Origin: Stylophora pistillata
Lineage: Eukaryota
Assembly (NCBI RefSeq): GCF_002571385.2
Contig: NW_019217820.1
Coordinates: 637,187 to 701,186 of the forward strand
Direction of reading: 5' to 3'
Length of the DNA: 64,000 bases
The notes below the pieces were generated by a model. The model saw nothing but the letters and a program-made list of their open reading frames with translations. It made no database searches and was not told where the DNA came from. Below are positions 34,777 to 48,381 of the stretch, piece by piece. Position numbers and translations under genes: made by a program. The stretch's first letter is position 1; the number at the start of each line of letters is the position of its first letter.

Positions 34777-37700
34777 ATGTATTCGTTGAACACCGAACTG
34801 AACCATTCTCCGAGGCTGAGCCCTTCTTCGAGCGAATCTTCGCTGGGTGGATCGCCTTCGCCCAACGCGAACACGAAGGCACTTGCGGATATGGGCGAAA
34901 AAACAATGGCTGAATTACAACAAGAGAACGTTCGACTGAGGAAAGAAATTGATGCCAAGGAAACAAAATTAAACTCCAGTATGAGAAGTATTAAAATGTT
35001 TTGGAGTCCAGAACTGAAAAAAGAGAGAGCAGCGAGGAAAGCCGAAGAAGATAAATATTCTCGACTAAGGGAGCAGCTAAATGTTGTTTCTGAAGAATCA
35101 CAGGTAAGGTCTTGATTTGGGTGCGTTATTTTCTTTTGGGATTTGGGATTAAGTAACAAAGGCAATCTGTTATTATGGGATAAACCGAAAATTATAAAAC
35201 GTGTGCCTATTTGTTTAAAACGGAAGTGACTCGCGGGGAAATCAAGTGAAAATTTTAGCCCCGATCGATTATAATTATAAACCCACGTTCTTTCAACTCG
35301 GCTTGTTGAGCGAATCGGAGATATTGCGCCCCAACACTGATTGATTTATAGGTACTCCAATTCTCAGCCTGACTTAAGATTACCATTTTGCAACGGTGTC
35401 GAAAAGGCATAGACCACTTAGACTGCTGTGCATTATTTAAACGTTTTATTGAAAATCTTTACAAACAATCGGCACAAGCTCTAAGCGTTTCGCTCTTTCC
35501 GACAACTGTATTAAAGCAGCAGAAGCGTGTTGGGTATTGTTGTTCCAAGGTGGAATTATTGTGTTTAGAACAATAAATGGTCATTAGAGGTGTAGTTTAC
35601 TATCTCGAAGCTTTCCTTGAATTTATACATCTATACATGGGGAAACACCGCTGCAATTCGCTTTAAGCTATACCGCAAGGTTAGTGAAACAAATTATTTA
35701 GTACGTGATTCGTGAATGGAAAGAAATTTTAATAGAGCTTGATTTCTTCTCGCTTTTGATAAATTATCGTTAAGCTTCCCTGACATGTAACCAATGCAGT
35801 TTCAGTGTTAAATACGTGTGATGACTAATTTTTGAGAAGAATGCATGAAATACTCAACGATTACGACGTTTTGTCACTTTTATTAATTTAAATAATAATT
35901 TTTTTGAAAGCCAAACTTGACCCCTTTTCTCAAGATCAGTTTACAACAAAAACAGATTTAGGAGATTGATTTGACTTAGAGTAGCTATTAGATCTATCGT
36001 TCTGTTTTTGACTGACTTTAATCAGTTGCCTTAACAGAATTAGCAATTCAAAGGTAATACGGTTACTTACGAATACACCAATGATTAAGATCATGAATAA
36101 TTGAACTGTGTTTCGATAAAAAGTGCATTTGTTGACCAGTGCCAATTTATCTTCTGAGCAGCATCTTGTTACCGTCAGGTAGAATTAATTTCGTTGGAAC
36201 CATTCTTGCTTTTTCATGTGATAATTTACAAGTAAGTTATGAGATACCAAAAGTCTGAGGATTTAAATCTAAAGATCTTTTTTTTTTTTCATCAAACAAC
36301 TCTTTGGTTCTTGTTATTCTACCCTTCCTTTAAATCAAACCAGTCATTTCTTCTTTTGACTCCTAATTATGGAGGTTGAAGGCTCTCATGATGATGCAAA
36401 TCTCTTGTGCAGAGAAACACTTTACAGATGCACAGAAGTAAGCTCAAAACTTGAAAATGTTATTGGTATTATAATTTCTTTCTCCTACAATCTTCTTATT
36501 ATTGGCATTACTGACATTGGTTACAAGTGATAGCATCCAATTTGCAAAAGTGCAACTGCCAAATTATCTGATTTGGTGCCAGTAACTCCTCATTTCTCTC
36601 TCATTAATGGATATTTCAGCACGCAGTTTATATAGGGGTGAGAAAGTGACAGTGTAAAAAGTGTAATAAAGAAGCACAGCACAGTGTTGAGGGAACTTAT
36701 TAGCTTTCCACTGACGGTGGTGTGATCTTGACAGAATATCACTTGTGGGTTGGGTTTGAGAAAGTGACAGTGTAAAAAGTGTAATAAAGAAGTACAACAT
36801 AGTTTTGAGGGAGCTTATTAACTTTCCACTGCTATGACATTGGTGTGATCCTGACTGGATATCGCTTATGGGTTGAGTTTCATCCTTATTCCGATTTATA
36901 CCAGTTTCTTCCTTCTACAAAAATGAATGTTTCTGATTCTCACCCAACCTGGAGACAGAGGAATAAGAACTATCTTTTGGGTGAGCTACTACTGAATCCA
37001 ATCAATCATTTGAGTAATATTCTCTAATAGAATGTCCTCACAGAAATTTGAACATTTTTAAATTTATTTAAGGGAACTGAAGTGGCTTAATATAGTAATA
37101 AGATAAAATGCCCTATGAAGCATTGTATCATATGTGTTAAGTTTGTGTTTTGTCTTCTGTTTGCTCTGAGGATTTTTCTCAGCATTCTTTGGTTTTTCAT
37201 CCCCTCACATGGAGAAATAATTATTCATATGGAAGGGAGAAGGAAAAGTCACTCAGACAGTTGACATGTACCAGTACATGCCAATTTTAATTACTGGTAA
37301 ATTCAATTAAGTATATTTTTAACTGTTGAACTTGAGAGGCCTGTGCCATATAATGGCAGTATTGTGAATGTCATGCTCTTATAGACATGCCCAATATAGT
37401 TAACAGAGCTTTCTCTTTGCCCCATGTATTCCATATTTCTTTCATTTTGCTTGATGTTTCAGTAGCAAGAATAGGATGGTTCCTGTCCTTTTTCTCATTT
37501 TCCACCTTTATACATCAAAGACTTTTGTCTTCTGTCAGTTATCTCCTGTCAGCTGTCTTTTAATGTACTTCAGGTCCCCCTAATGTTTGTTGATTTGGCC
37601 CTTGTACACTGTGCCCCTTGTACACTGTGCCCCTCATATGTGAGTGGGATTATTTTCAATTTTCCAAACCACCCTGGTACTGATGGCAGCCCATTATTCA

Positions 37701-40700
37701 CATTCTTGTTCCTTCTTGGTGTACCTGTAAGGTATTCTTTTTCTCTTACTCTCTCTCCATCTATTAGGTTTTGTTTTATCAGTTAGGAATATCTTAATTA
37801 GTTCTTCCTCTCCTTCTTTTCTTGTCTGTCACCAGCTTGGTTACCCTCTGATGATAACATTACTAATAACTTACAACAACTTTTTTTTTATTTATCCCTT
37901 TCCCTTCCAAGGACGTACATATACATCCTATGTAAAATGTCATCTATGTCCTGAAATAAAAACATTACCGGGAGTCTGGTTGTTTGTAATGGATTAAATA
38001 AATTATCCCGGTTGTTGAGAAAAATTCAGTATGGCTGCTGGTTGGAAAAGGCATCTGGCTGTGGTAGAGAAGCGGTCAAGGGTAACACACAACAGTAATT
38101 CAACTTGTGGTCCTTGAGAGGAGTGAGATTGACAGGTTGGCTTTCACCTAGGTGGTGGTCTGAAAGTGGTCAGCAGCATAAGGTTTTCTTTACGTTTTTC
38201 TTTATGTAGGAGCTTTTATACAATAACTGCACTACTTTGCTTTTTCCTGCTTTTGTACTTTTATCTCAGTTTTTGGGTTTAAAAAAAAGTGTTGTTGTGT
38301 TTCCTCTTAAATCTTTTATGTGACTAGGTTTATGGATGCATTTTGTGATCCTCAAATGAGTACTTGACTCTGAGATATAATTATCTTTGCTCTAAATGCA
38401 GAAGTACCTCATGAAAGCTTCAAATATAATTTCGTCAGGACTAACATCTCTAAAGGAAAACATTTTAAAGAGACAGCCATTTTGAATTTTTGTTAAGGCT
38501 CTTCTCAGATAAGTTCCCTTTGAAAAGGGCACCTCTTCTCAGCCAAAATTCAAAAGAAAGGGTCCCACCTTAAGGTGGCTCGTATCAGTTTTCTCGCACG
38601 GGGAACAGATCACTCTAGTGTCAAGGTTGAGAGAAACGTGCGAAAGAAGCACGAGATTAAAAGACAAAAATATAAAACAAAGATGGCAGTGCGAGGATTT
38701 TTTTCTACTTATGTGAAAAGTTTACCTAAGAGCTTGTATTTGATGTGTTGAGCGGCCACTGTGAATGCAGGAGAATAGAAACTAAGATAACAAAGACGAT
38801 TTTCGGAGAAGTAAAGGTTGCTTCACTTCACATTTAAAAGAAATATTTAACCGATATTAAAATCTTGCGATGGCGAAAAAAGAAGAACTCAAGTAAAGGT
38901 TAATCTACCTGAAGTGGAAGAAGACTTTGAAACTTAAAGGAAAATAATATGATATAGCCAGAAGTCGTGTGTAGGATTTTTAAGATGAGCCCAGGAGGCT
39001 GTCTTTGACAGCTGTTTAATGATTTTCTTAGCAGTAAACGTCTGTAAACATCAGATTGTAGGGACGCACGCGAGCACACACAATTGTCAGCGGTAGCTAT
39101 AACAGATCATGAGCAAATGTCGATCTTATAGAATCCAGATTTTTAAATGCGCGAGAACTCACGTGGAAATTGCTAAACTCATGAAAGACATTGCATGAAA
39201 ACAAGTCCAGTAACCCCTTCTTTTTATTGTTCCAATATGATAATAACATCGAAAGGAATCATCAGAAAAAAAAACTAGAAAATTCTATGGAAGGAAATTT
39301 GGGATGTGTGAAAATTGCCTTTTTTGTAGATTTTCTGAAATTCCGCTCCGTAGAATTTTTTTTAAATCTTTGTGCATTTTCCTTTTTAAGTGCCAAAAGC
39401 AATTACTTAAAAAAAATCACAGGGGTCACCTAGTTAGTTTTCGAATTATTTAAGCCACAAGCTAAAAAATGCTTCTGAATAAGCCTATGAAAGCGTTACC
39501 ATGGAAACTGCTAGTGACGAAATGACACCTATTTTTGGATAACCAATGATTATATAATTCAACCCCGTAAAAGTGTTCAACTGGCCTTGGTCAGCTTTTC
39601 TGTAGTATTCTTTCAAAGTTACAAACCATCAAAAAGATAAAAACCGGTACGAGCCATCTTAAATGAGCACCTCTGATCTGCCTCTGACCTGCTTCTGATT
39701 AAAAGGTGTTTCACTGAAAATTACAGTACAACTCAGATATGCTTTAACCAAAAATGCACTTGTATAACCATGCAAAATTTGCACATAAGGAGGGATATCG
39801 ACTGAATAAAAATAGGAGTCTCTGAATTTTGTGTACATGCACAGAAAGCTGACTCCTCTGCCTCGTCAGTACATCTATTCTAAAGAATAAGCCAATAGCA
39901 ATAAAATACTACACGGTTACCAGGAGTGATTAGTACTGTAATTGCCTCTTTTGATTAAGTAGTCGAGATTATCTTTTCCTTGATTTGAAATGAATAAAGG
40001 GTTATTTAAGGATTTATGGTATTCATAAAACAAACATTTAACTTTTTTAGTCTAACAGGATTTAAAATTGCATTTATTTACTTGCTTTTCAGAAAAAAGC
40101 AGAAACAATTCGAGATCTGCAGGAACGGTTACAGCAACAGCAAGAACAAACAGATCGCCTTTCAACTGGTCGGCGATCCCTCTCTTCTTCATCACATTCT
40201 GTACATTCACAGGATGGAATTCAGCGCGAGTTAGAACTTTTAAGGGGTGAAAAAGATCGACAGGATAATGAGACATTTATACTCCAGAGATCATTGGAAG
40301 AATTGAGCTCCAGACTTGAAGCTCAACAGCAAGCTATACAGGCTAAGGATGAAACTATAACTCAGTTAATGGAAATGATCCAAAGCAATAAAGGACTTGA
40401 ATCCAAGCAACTCGAGATGCATAAAGAACAGCACAATGCTGACAAAAAGAAGCTTGCAGAAGCTCTCAATCAACTTGTTAAACTACGAGAAGAAATTGAT
40501 GAAAGGGATAGAGCAATTACATCCTTGCGAGAGGTAATAATGCTTCAAATGCTTTTTAATATGAATTGTTATTTTACTGATCCTCTCTTTGTCATTGCCA
40601 TGCCGTGACTCTGTTATGTAACATGATCAAACTATTACACTTACACTCTGATTCTTTGAAATTCTGAGGTTGTGGTGTTGTAAGACAATTTTCCTTCGGG

Positions 40701-43700
40701 GATCATATTGTGAGTTTTTATAACCTGTCTGCTTGACAGCATACTAAAATTGTAAAGATTAAGTTGTTAATTACTGAAACTCAAAGAATAAAGAAATGTC
40801 ACTCTTACCACTGCCCAGTTGGGGAAGTTGTAAAAAAATTTGTTGTGATGGAAGTCAATCAACCTTAGACATAGTTGCCATCATGATGATGATATTGGCT
40901 CTACAACTGAGAAATAACTCATCACTTGCCTCTGAAAATGACAAAGTGCTGACTGATTACTGCCATTTGAGACAGTCATGTCCTATCATGGATCTTCCCC
41001 TTTCTCATTCCCCTCATACTCTCTATGGTGGCTAATTTACAGTGACTCAGTTGCTTAAACCAAATTTAACTAAATTTAACCTTGAATATCCCCATTGACA
41101 CAGCACTACAGTTTTATCCCCTTTATCCTTTCCCTGTAAATGTAAATCTTCAGCAAAATTAGATGTGGTTCCTTTTTTAATGTACAAGTATCTTACATCT
41201 GCACTGTATAATCTATACAATGTAACATGTCTTGTGGTTACTACATGTATTAATTTGCCAGAGCATAATTATGTTTCACTGATGTACCATGTTTCTTGGT
41301 GTATATTCATTTGCATCAAAGATCAGAGAATTCTCCCATTGTTTCTCTAAATTTTTCCAGCTAGATTTTGATGTCCTAGGCAATTATTTTCAGCCTTGGA
41401 GAAGTTTTCTGCCATCTGTCAGGGTTTGTACATGTCGTGGAAAACCTGGGAAGTCATGGAATTTCAAAATTTCATTTTCCAGGCCTGGAAAGTCATGAAA
41501 TTTAGGTGTGGGTCATGGAAAGTCATGGAAAATCAATATGCTTTCTATGAGTGAAAGGCAATAAGACCCAAAGTTGAAAAGTTAACTGACAAGTCCAAAA
41601 ATCAGATTTAATTTCATTAGAAATAAACAGAAGCACACATTGTGAGAATGTTTGCAAACAGGTCAAAGACATGGAATCTTTCAAAAGGTCATGGAAAAAG
41701 TCATGGAAAGTCATGGAATTTTAAAAGGTCAAAAGTGTAGGAACCCTGTCTATTTACACCTTCCTGCTATTAGATTGGTTAATGAACACCCTGTACATGA
41801 AGATCATGTACATGTCTACAAAACACTTAAGATACTACAAATGCTCTGATTGACTACACCTTTGACTTATTACTGGTGAATTCTTAGCTATTTTACAGAT
41901 ATAGTGTTATTTTCAACACTATGTTTGTTCACTGTTTGTTTCCAGTTTGTTTGTTAGGGCCCAGATGAATAAATACATTGTGTAAATCTGGTTCACCCTT
42001 GTCAAATAAATTCTTTTATTATTATTTTTTCCTATTAGGTAATAACCCACTTGGGATGTTGGAAAAACACTTGCTCATGAAATTCATTAATATTTAAATC
42101 ATCCAATATGTAACCATGTCAGTAACCAATGCAATGCAGTATTTAGTGATGAAGCTCTTACCATTTTTGCTTTGTTTACTTGCAGGAAATTGATAATGTT
42201 AAAATCAACAATGTAAATGATGAACTAAAACAATCTGCAAACCTGTTGGCTAAGGTATTTAAGATTTTGATGTAAACTAAAAGTAAATGTGGGAGGGCAA
42301 TCACTGTTAGAAGGTTTACCAGTGTTACTATCTTTTAATTCCCCTTCTCCCAGAAATTGCCCTGCAAAGTTGCAACTTTGCAGCAGTAACTGTACATCCT
42401 CTTCTAAGAAAATTCCTAAAAAGTTATATTTTTAAATCACTTTAAAGTTTAAATGCAAAATTGTTTGTTTGTTTACTTGTTTTGATAGTTTTGTACAGTC
42501 ATGTACATGTAGGTTATTATCTTGGAGTTTTAAAAGTTTAGGCAACTGTGAGCTTTCACTATAATTACGTACTAGGTATAAATGCAAGAAATTTTTGTAT
42601 TGGCAGGGCCCCTCTGGGTACCCTGAACAAATAAAGTTGTCTTATTTATCTAATTTTTAAAGGAGCTGTGGTAATATTTGAGTCACTTTGAGTGTCCCAG
42701 AAAGCAGGGCTTAGAGTTTGTTGTCTCAAAACCAAAAGTTTGAATCAGAAACCTTAAATGTTTGAGAAATGATAGTTTCAGCATGAGAACATAAGATTGG
42801 ATTTGTGTGCTTAAAGTCTCATGCTCAATGCATGACACTTGAGAGCTGTGCTTTCTAAAATGCTGACCATAATTATGACTTGACTTTGAAAAAACCATTA
42901 GTGAGGCTCTTGGGACGTAAAACACAGCGATAAAAAACTTTCGGTATGCTCCATGAACACCAAAAATAAGTCTCCAATTCAGCACCTTCTTCTGAAATTT
43001 AATATGTTAAATGTTTTATACTATTCCCCATGCTGAACTAATTGTTCATAGCTCAAGGACAGTGTATACACAAGTAATTGCATTTTGTTGAAAATCTTCT
43101 TTCAAACACACAAAAAAGACAACTATAAGCTCACCAACTTTGTTTTCTTTAGATGAAAACACTTAAGAGTAATCTTTTTCTGTCTCATGCAGATGCACTC
43201 ATGAACACACAATACAGCTGTATATAAATGCAATCATTTTCAGTTAATTGCAATGTAACTTAATACCTAAGCTTCCTGTTGGTTAGTCTTTTATCATGAT
43301 CTCAAATTCAGGTTTTCAAAGGTCGAAAAGTATTTTTTTACAAGGAAAGGAGTGTTAAAACATATTGTGGTACCCCTATACACTTGTATCACACACTTTC
43401 AAATATGTCATGGTATTTTACTTTATTCCTGTTATGATTGAATGGGCATTTAGACGTTATATTGTAAAAGGAGAGGTTCATCAAACATGCATTTTGTTAT
43501 GTTAGCCCTTTCCAAAACAAATACATTACAAACTAAAACAAGTACAGTTTGCAAGAAATTAAGAGTGACCTTTTCTTTCAAAATTAACTGAGACTACTTA
43601 TTAAACAATGACAATATGACAGGCAGTCATGCAGTGTAAACATGACTTACTCCCTTATTCACTGACTAAGTGCAATGTGTAGTAGATGATTTTTTAAATG

Positions 43701-46700
43701 AACATCAATGTTTTTAATATTTATCAGCCATGTGATTATACTGGTGACATGAACCAATTCAACTATACTTGTCTTCTTTACAAGTCTAAAGTGTTTTTCT
43801 TAAAACAATTTGTCACTCTCAATATTGAGGAGGTCACGTCCCTGATATTGTGGTCATTTCACTGTTCTTTTAGGATAGCCATATTGCCGCACTGGAGACA
43901 CAAATAAGCCAGCTGGAAGCAGAGGTTTGTACTCTTTGAATACCACAATTGATAAAGTGAAAACTGTCTTAAAAGCTGTAATCTGCAAGAAGTGAATATT
44001 TCAAGTTGTTTCAAGGTTACTTTTTATATTCTGTGTAAAACAACTTAATTTGTACCTTTAAATTTGGTCTATATAAGTTTTGATTTACAAAGTGATCAAT
44101 TAATATGTAACTTTACCCTGTTTACCTGATATCAGATAAAATGCAGTCAACAATCTTTGGGATTTGAGCAATCAATATTGATAAACATATTAGTTTTTTT
44201 TTTTTTCAGTTTGAATTAGTGTTCAGTTCTATTTCACACTGAGCATTTGACATTCTCTTGTTGTGAACAATACATGTACACTAACTGCTTGCAATCATCA
44301 CGTCCTACTGTCAGATGGAAAATCTGAAGGAGAATGCTATAGAAGATGAAAAGAAGAGATTAGAAGATAGGAAGCACTCTGAAGTTTACGAAAGCCACTC
44401 AAAATTCATGAAGACCAAGGTAAGTACATTTAGCAGAAGGTACTCATGAGTATGGTTATTGATCTGTCTCTGTCACTGTACCTGTATGTACCATGTTATT
44501 TAACATTGAGTGCTCTTTAGAAGAGAATGTGTTTATTTTCTCTCCACATTGTCATTTTTGGTCTTGAGCACCTTTTTGTGGCACAAAGTTAGTTTCTTTG
44601 TCTTAAAATGAACTATTTTTTCCAAGTCATTTTCACCTGTATGCATGTAAAAGTACATGTCAGGCCATATTTGTAGACTAAAAAGTTTTAGATTTAAAAT
44701 TGATAGGCAAAAAGTTTCAAAAAGGTTCTGTTATGCCCTCATGGGTTTAAATTGAGAGCTAGTTCAGAAACTTCTGGAAAAATGAAGCATAACACATACC
44801 TTTTATTTACATTTGATGAATTTGAATAAAATCCAGTGGCCAATACCCATGTGATTTTACGTCACCTAAAAAAAATGTTGGCTTTATTCTGGGGGTGTAT
44901 GTGACTGATGTGCTGTTGTTGTTGTTTTTATACATATGTATTTTTTTCATGTCATAAGATTGAATCACTTAAAGTGGATCTAAGTAAGAAAAATGCAGAA
45001 TTAGTGGCAGCAGAAACCAAACTGGAGACACTAAAAGCTCATCAGGCTAATCAACAAGAACATATTTCTGTGTTGCAAACCTCTTTGTCAGCCAAAGAAC
45101 ATCACATCAAGAATCTCCAGAGTGAGGTGAGTGATGTATTTTATTTGAGTATTTGTTTGTTCTAATATTATTTTGATTACTGGTAATATTTATATCGATG
45201 CTCATGCACTTCAGAAAAGTCATATGTTCAATTTCAATGATATTATTTTGTATTAGTTCAACCTTTATCAATATAGAGTGGCGAGTTTCCTTTGTTACCA
45301 TGTCCAAAGTTTGTGTTTTCAAGAAGTTATTTTTACAAGGAGCCCTATCTGTGTACATGATGTGAATCTACTAGATTAAGTGCCCTTAGGTAAACAAATA
45401 GGAAAATTTTGTTTTCATAATTTACGGATTATAGAATTGTGAAAAAATTACCAGTAGAAGAGGATGGCTTTGTTTCCACTTTGACTCAGGTCAATATGTT
45501 TTGTTATATACCAAGACTTTCGCTAAACAAAACGAGCATTGTGATTGGTTGATTGTTGGTCACGTGCCCTTAATCAAATTCAAGTGCATCCCGACAAGGA
45601 TACAATTGCGCAGTTGTTGCCCGTGCGTCGAATCATAGTTAGGTGGTCGAATACAACGACTTGTTTTTGCCATACGAGTCTAAACGTATAACAAAGCACG
45701 TAATGTATGGTCCTTCAGGAAACATCAGGACTCTCGGGAAAACAAACTAACTGTTTCCCTCGGGACCATGTATTAAGGTGGCTAGTACCAGTTTTCATCT
45801 TTTGGATGGTTTGTAACTTTGAAAGAATCCAAAAAAAAGACTGACCAAGGCCATTTGAACACTATTACGGGGTTGAATTATATAATAATTGGTTATCCAA
45901 AATTGGTGTCATTTCTCCAAGGGTTATTCAGACCCCTCCGAAAAAGAAAAGAACCTTTTTGACTGATGAGGCTCGAAGAGCGAAATATATTTCAAGATTC
46001 TTAAAGCCACTGTTAGTTTATTTTTACAGCTTCTATACGTGCGTCGAATGTGATACTCGAGACGTGATGTCTTATTCTGCAAGTAGTTCAAATTATTCAA
46101 ACGCATTCCAGCCTCGGCGACCACTATTTCTTTAAGTTTTACGGGGCGGAATTTCAGAAAATTTAGAAAGAGACCATGTTAACGCAGTGCAAAATTTCCT
46201 TCCGTAGAATTTACTAGGATTTTTTTTGACGATTCTTTACACTGATAATATTATATTGGAACGATAAAAAGAAGGGGTCACCGTACTTGTTTTTATGCAA
46301 TAGCCTCCGTGAGTTTAGCAGTTCACACGCGCGTTCTCGCGCATTTAAAAATCCGGATTCTATAAGATCGACAGTTACTTATGATCTGTTAAAGCTACCA
46401 CTGACTATCGAGTGTGTTCGCGCGAGCACCTACCATCTGATATCTAGTGACGATTACTGCTCAGAAAATCGTTCAGTAGCCGTCAAAGACAACCTCCCGG
46501 GCTCACCTAAAAGGACTAACTCGCAGGTTCACAGTCTTTTCCTTCTTCAGGCAGATTTTATTTCACTTGGGTTCTCACTGTTTTTTGCTGTCGCAAGATT
46601 TTATTTCGATTAGATTTTTCGTTTGGATGCGAAGCAGCCTTTATGCCGCCGAGAATCGTCTTCTTTATCTTCGTTTCTGTCACCTGCATACGCGGTGGCC

Positions 46701-48350
46701 GTTGAATACATTAAATACACGCTGGTAGGCAAACTCCTTACAAAATAATACAAAAGTAGCTTAGGCCGAAAAAAAGCCTCGTGCCGCTATATTTGTTTTG
46801 AATTTTCGCTTCTTTCGCGCATTTCTCTCGCGCGTGACACACAAGAGTGACCTGCTCCCTGCGCGAGGAAACTAGTGCTAGCCACCTTAAGTGTATAGTG
46901 TTCTTGGGTGAGACACATGACACTCACACTCAACTCTTTCAACTTTGGAGTAGTAACAAGTACAAGGGATTTGTGAGAGAAACCTGATAGAACAGTGAGG
47001 GGTTGGGAGGGGGCGCGGTGATGGGCTCGTAAGGGTTACCTGTGATGGACTAGCTTACCATCCAGGGAGAGTAAAGTATAGCAGTAGAGAAAAGCAAAGT
47101 CTAACGGTATTTCTAGTAGGCACTTGACTAAATTGCAGTGCTTCTGTTAAACACTTTCATACTGAATTTTTAAAAATCGATAAATGACTTGCTTGATTGA
47201 CTGATGACAGCTGGAGTCTTTGCGTGGTCGGCTGGATGACAGAGAAGAGTTACTAAGAATGAAGGAGAAGAAACTGTTGTCAGTGTCCACAGAACATTCG
47301 GAGAATTACTACGCAGTAGAGAACCTCCAGAGTGTACTGAATACAAAAGAAAGACAAATAAACAGTCTCAAACAAAAAGTAAGGACTTAAGTTTTTATTT
47401 TTACAATCAGTCCTTAAAGTCTAATTATTTCATAAGTAATTCTTCCTCCTAACTGATATTTCCTTGTGAAATACACATATAGTCAATTGACTGGTATTTA
47501 AAACTGCAACAACTGAAATGTTACTTCTTAATAGTTGAACGAGGTCTTTTTTAACTGAATTTCACGTAAATTACTCCTACCAGGACGGGATATTAGCTTT
47601 GTTAGAGATTTACAGTTTTGGGGTAGACCCTCGTGAACTAGTGTCCAGCGCGGACCGTGTTATTTGACCTTTAACATCGGGAATGGAAAAATAAGACACT
47701 AATTTGAATAACTTCTGGAAAAAATCATCATAATGAAATGCCTCAGGACAACCCTGAACAAACTTGGACTGAAAACCCTGCGTTATTTTTGTTGTTACTG
47801 TTTGAAAGGAGGAACCATACTGACGGGATGCTTATATTTTTGTTTTGTTTTGAAAAGTGCGAGTGTCTCGAGAGAGATCTACGCGAGAAAGATTCCGCTA
47901 TCGTTAGTATGAAATCTCATCTTTCTTCCGTGAAGGCTGAGTTTTCTGGTTCATCCACTACCATCACTAATTTGGAAGCGACCATCCGCGAGAAGGACAG
48001 GCGAATAGAAATACTACAGAGTCAACGGCAGCGCAGCGGCGCTGAAAACGAGGAGGAGGTGAACCGAGTCAAACGATCACAGGAAAAACTGGAAGCGAGA
48101 GTTGCATCTTTGAGAGAACAACTCGCAGAAAAAGACGTAAGTGTAGAGTCTACTTTTTTTTCAACTCCCCTGATCATTTTTCTCTTTCCTGCTGATGGAA
48201 GCGTATTAGTATTACCATTATTTTTTGTTTTGCTTGCACGTGACCAAAATATAGACATATCTTATTAGATGTTTTGTTGTGTGGCATCGCTGAGTATTTT
48301 TACGAGTCAAAATACCAACAACAAGTAAAAATACTCAGCGATACTACACA

Positions 48351-48381
<31 letters not shown>

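Noticed and set aside
34767-35165. 132-aa minus-strand ORF (similar ones at 40052, 48022, 52820)
   Set aside because: Antisense shadows of E/K/L-rich ERC coding exons; no independent support.
38574-39658. Transposase ORFs within the TTAA elements; piggyBac assignment
   Set aside because: Only short ORFs with no catalytic motifs; termini begin GG, not the CC typical of piggyBac.
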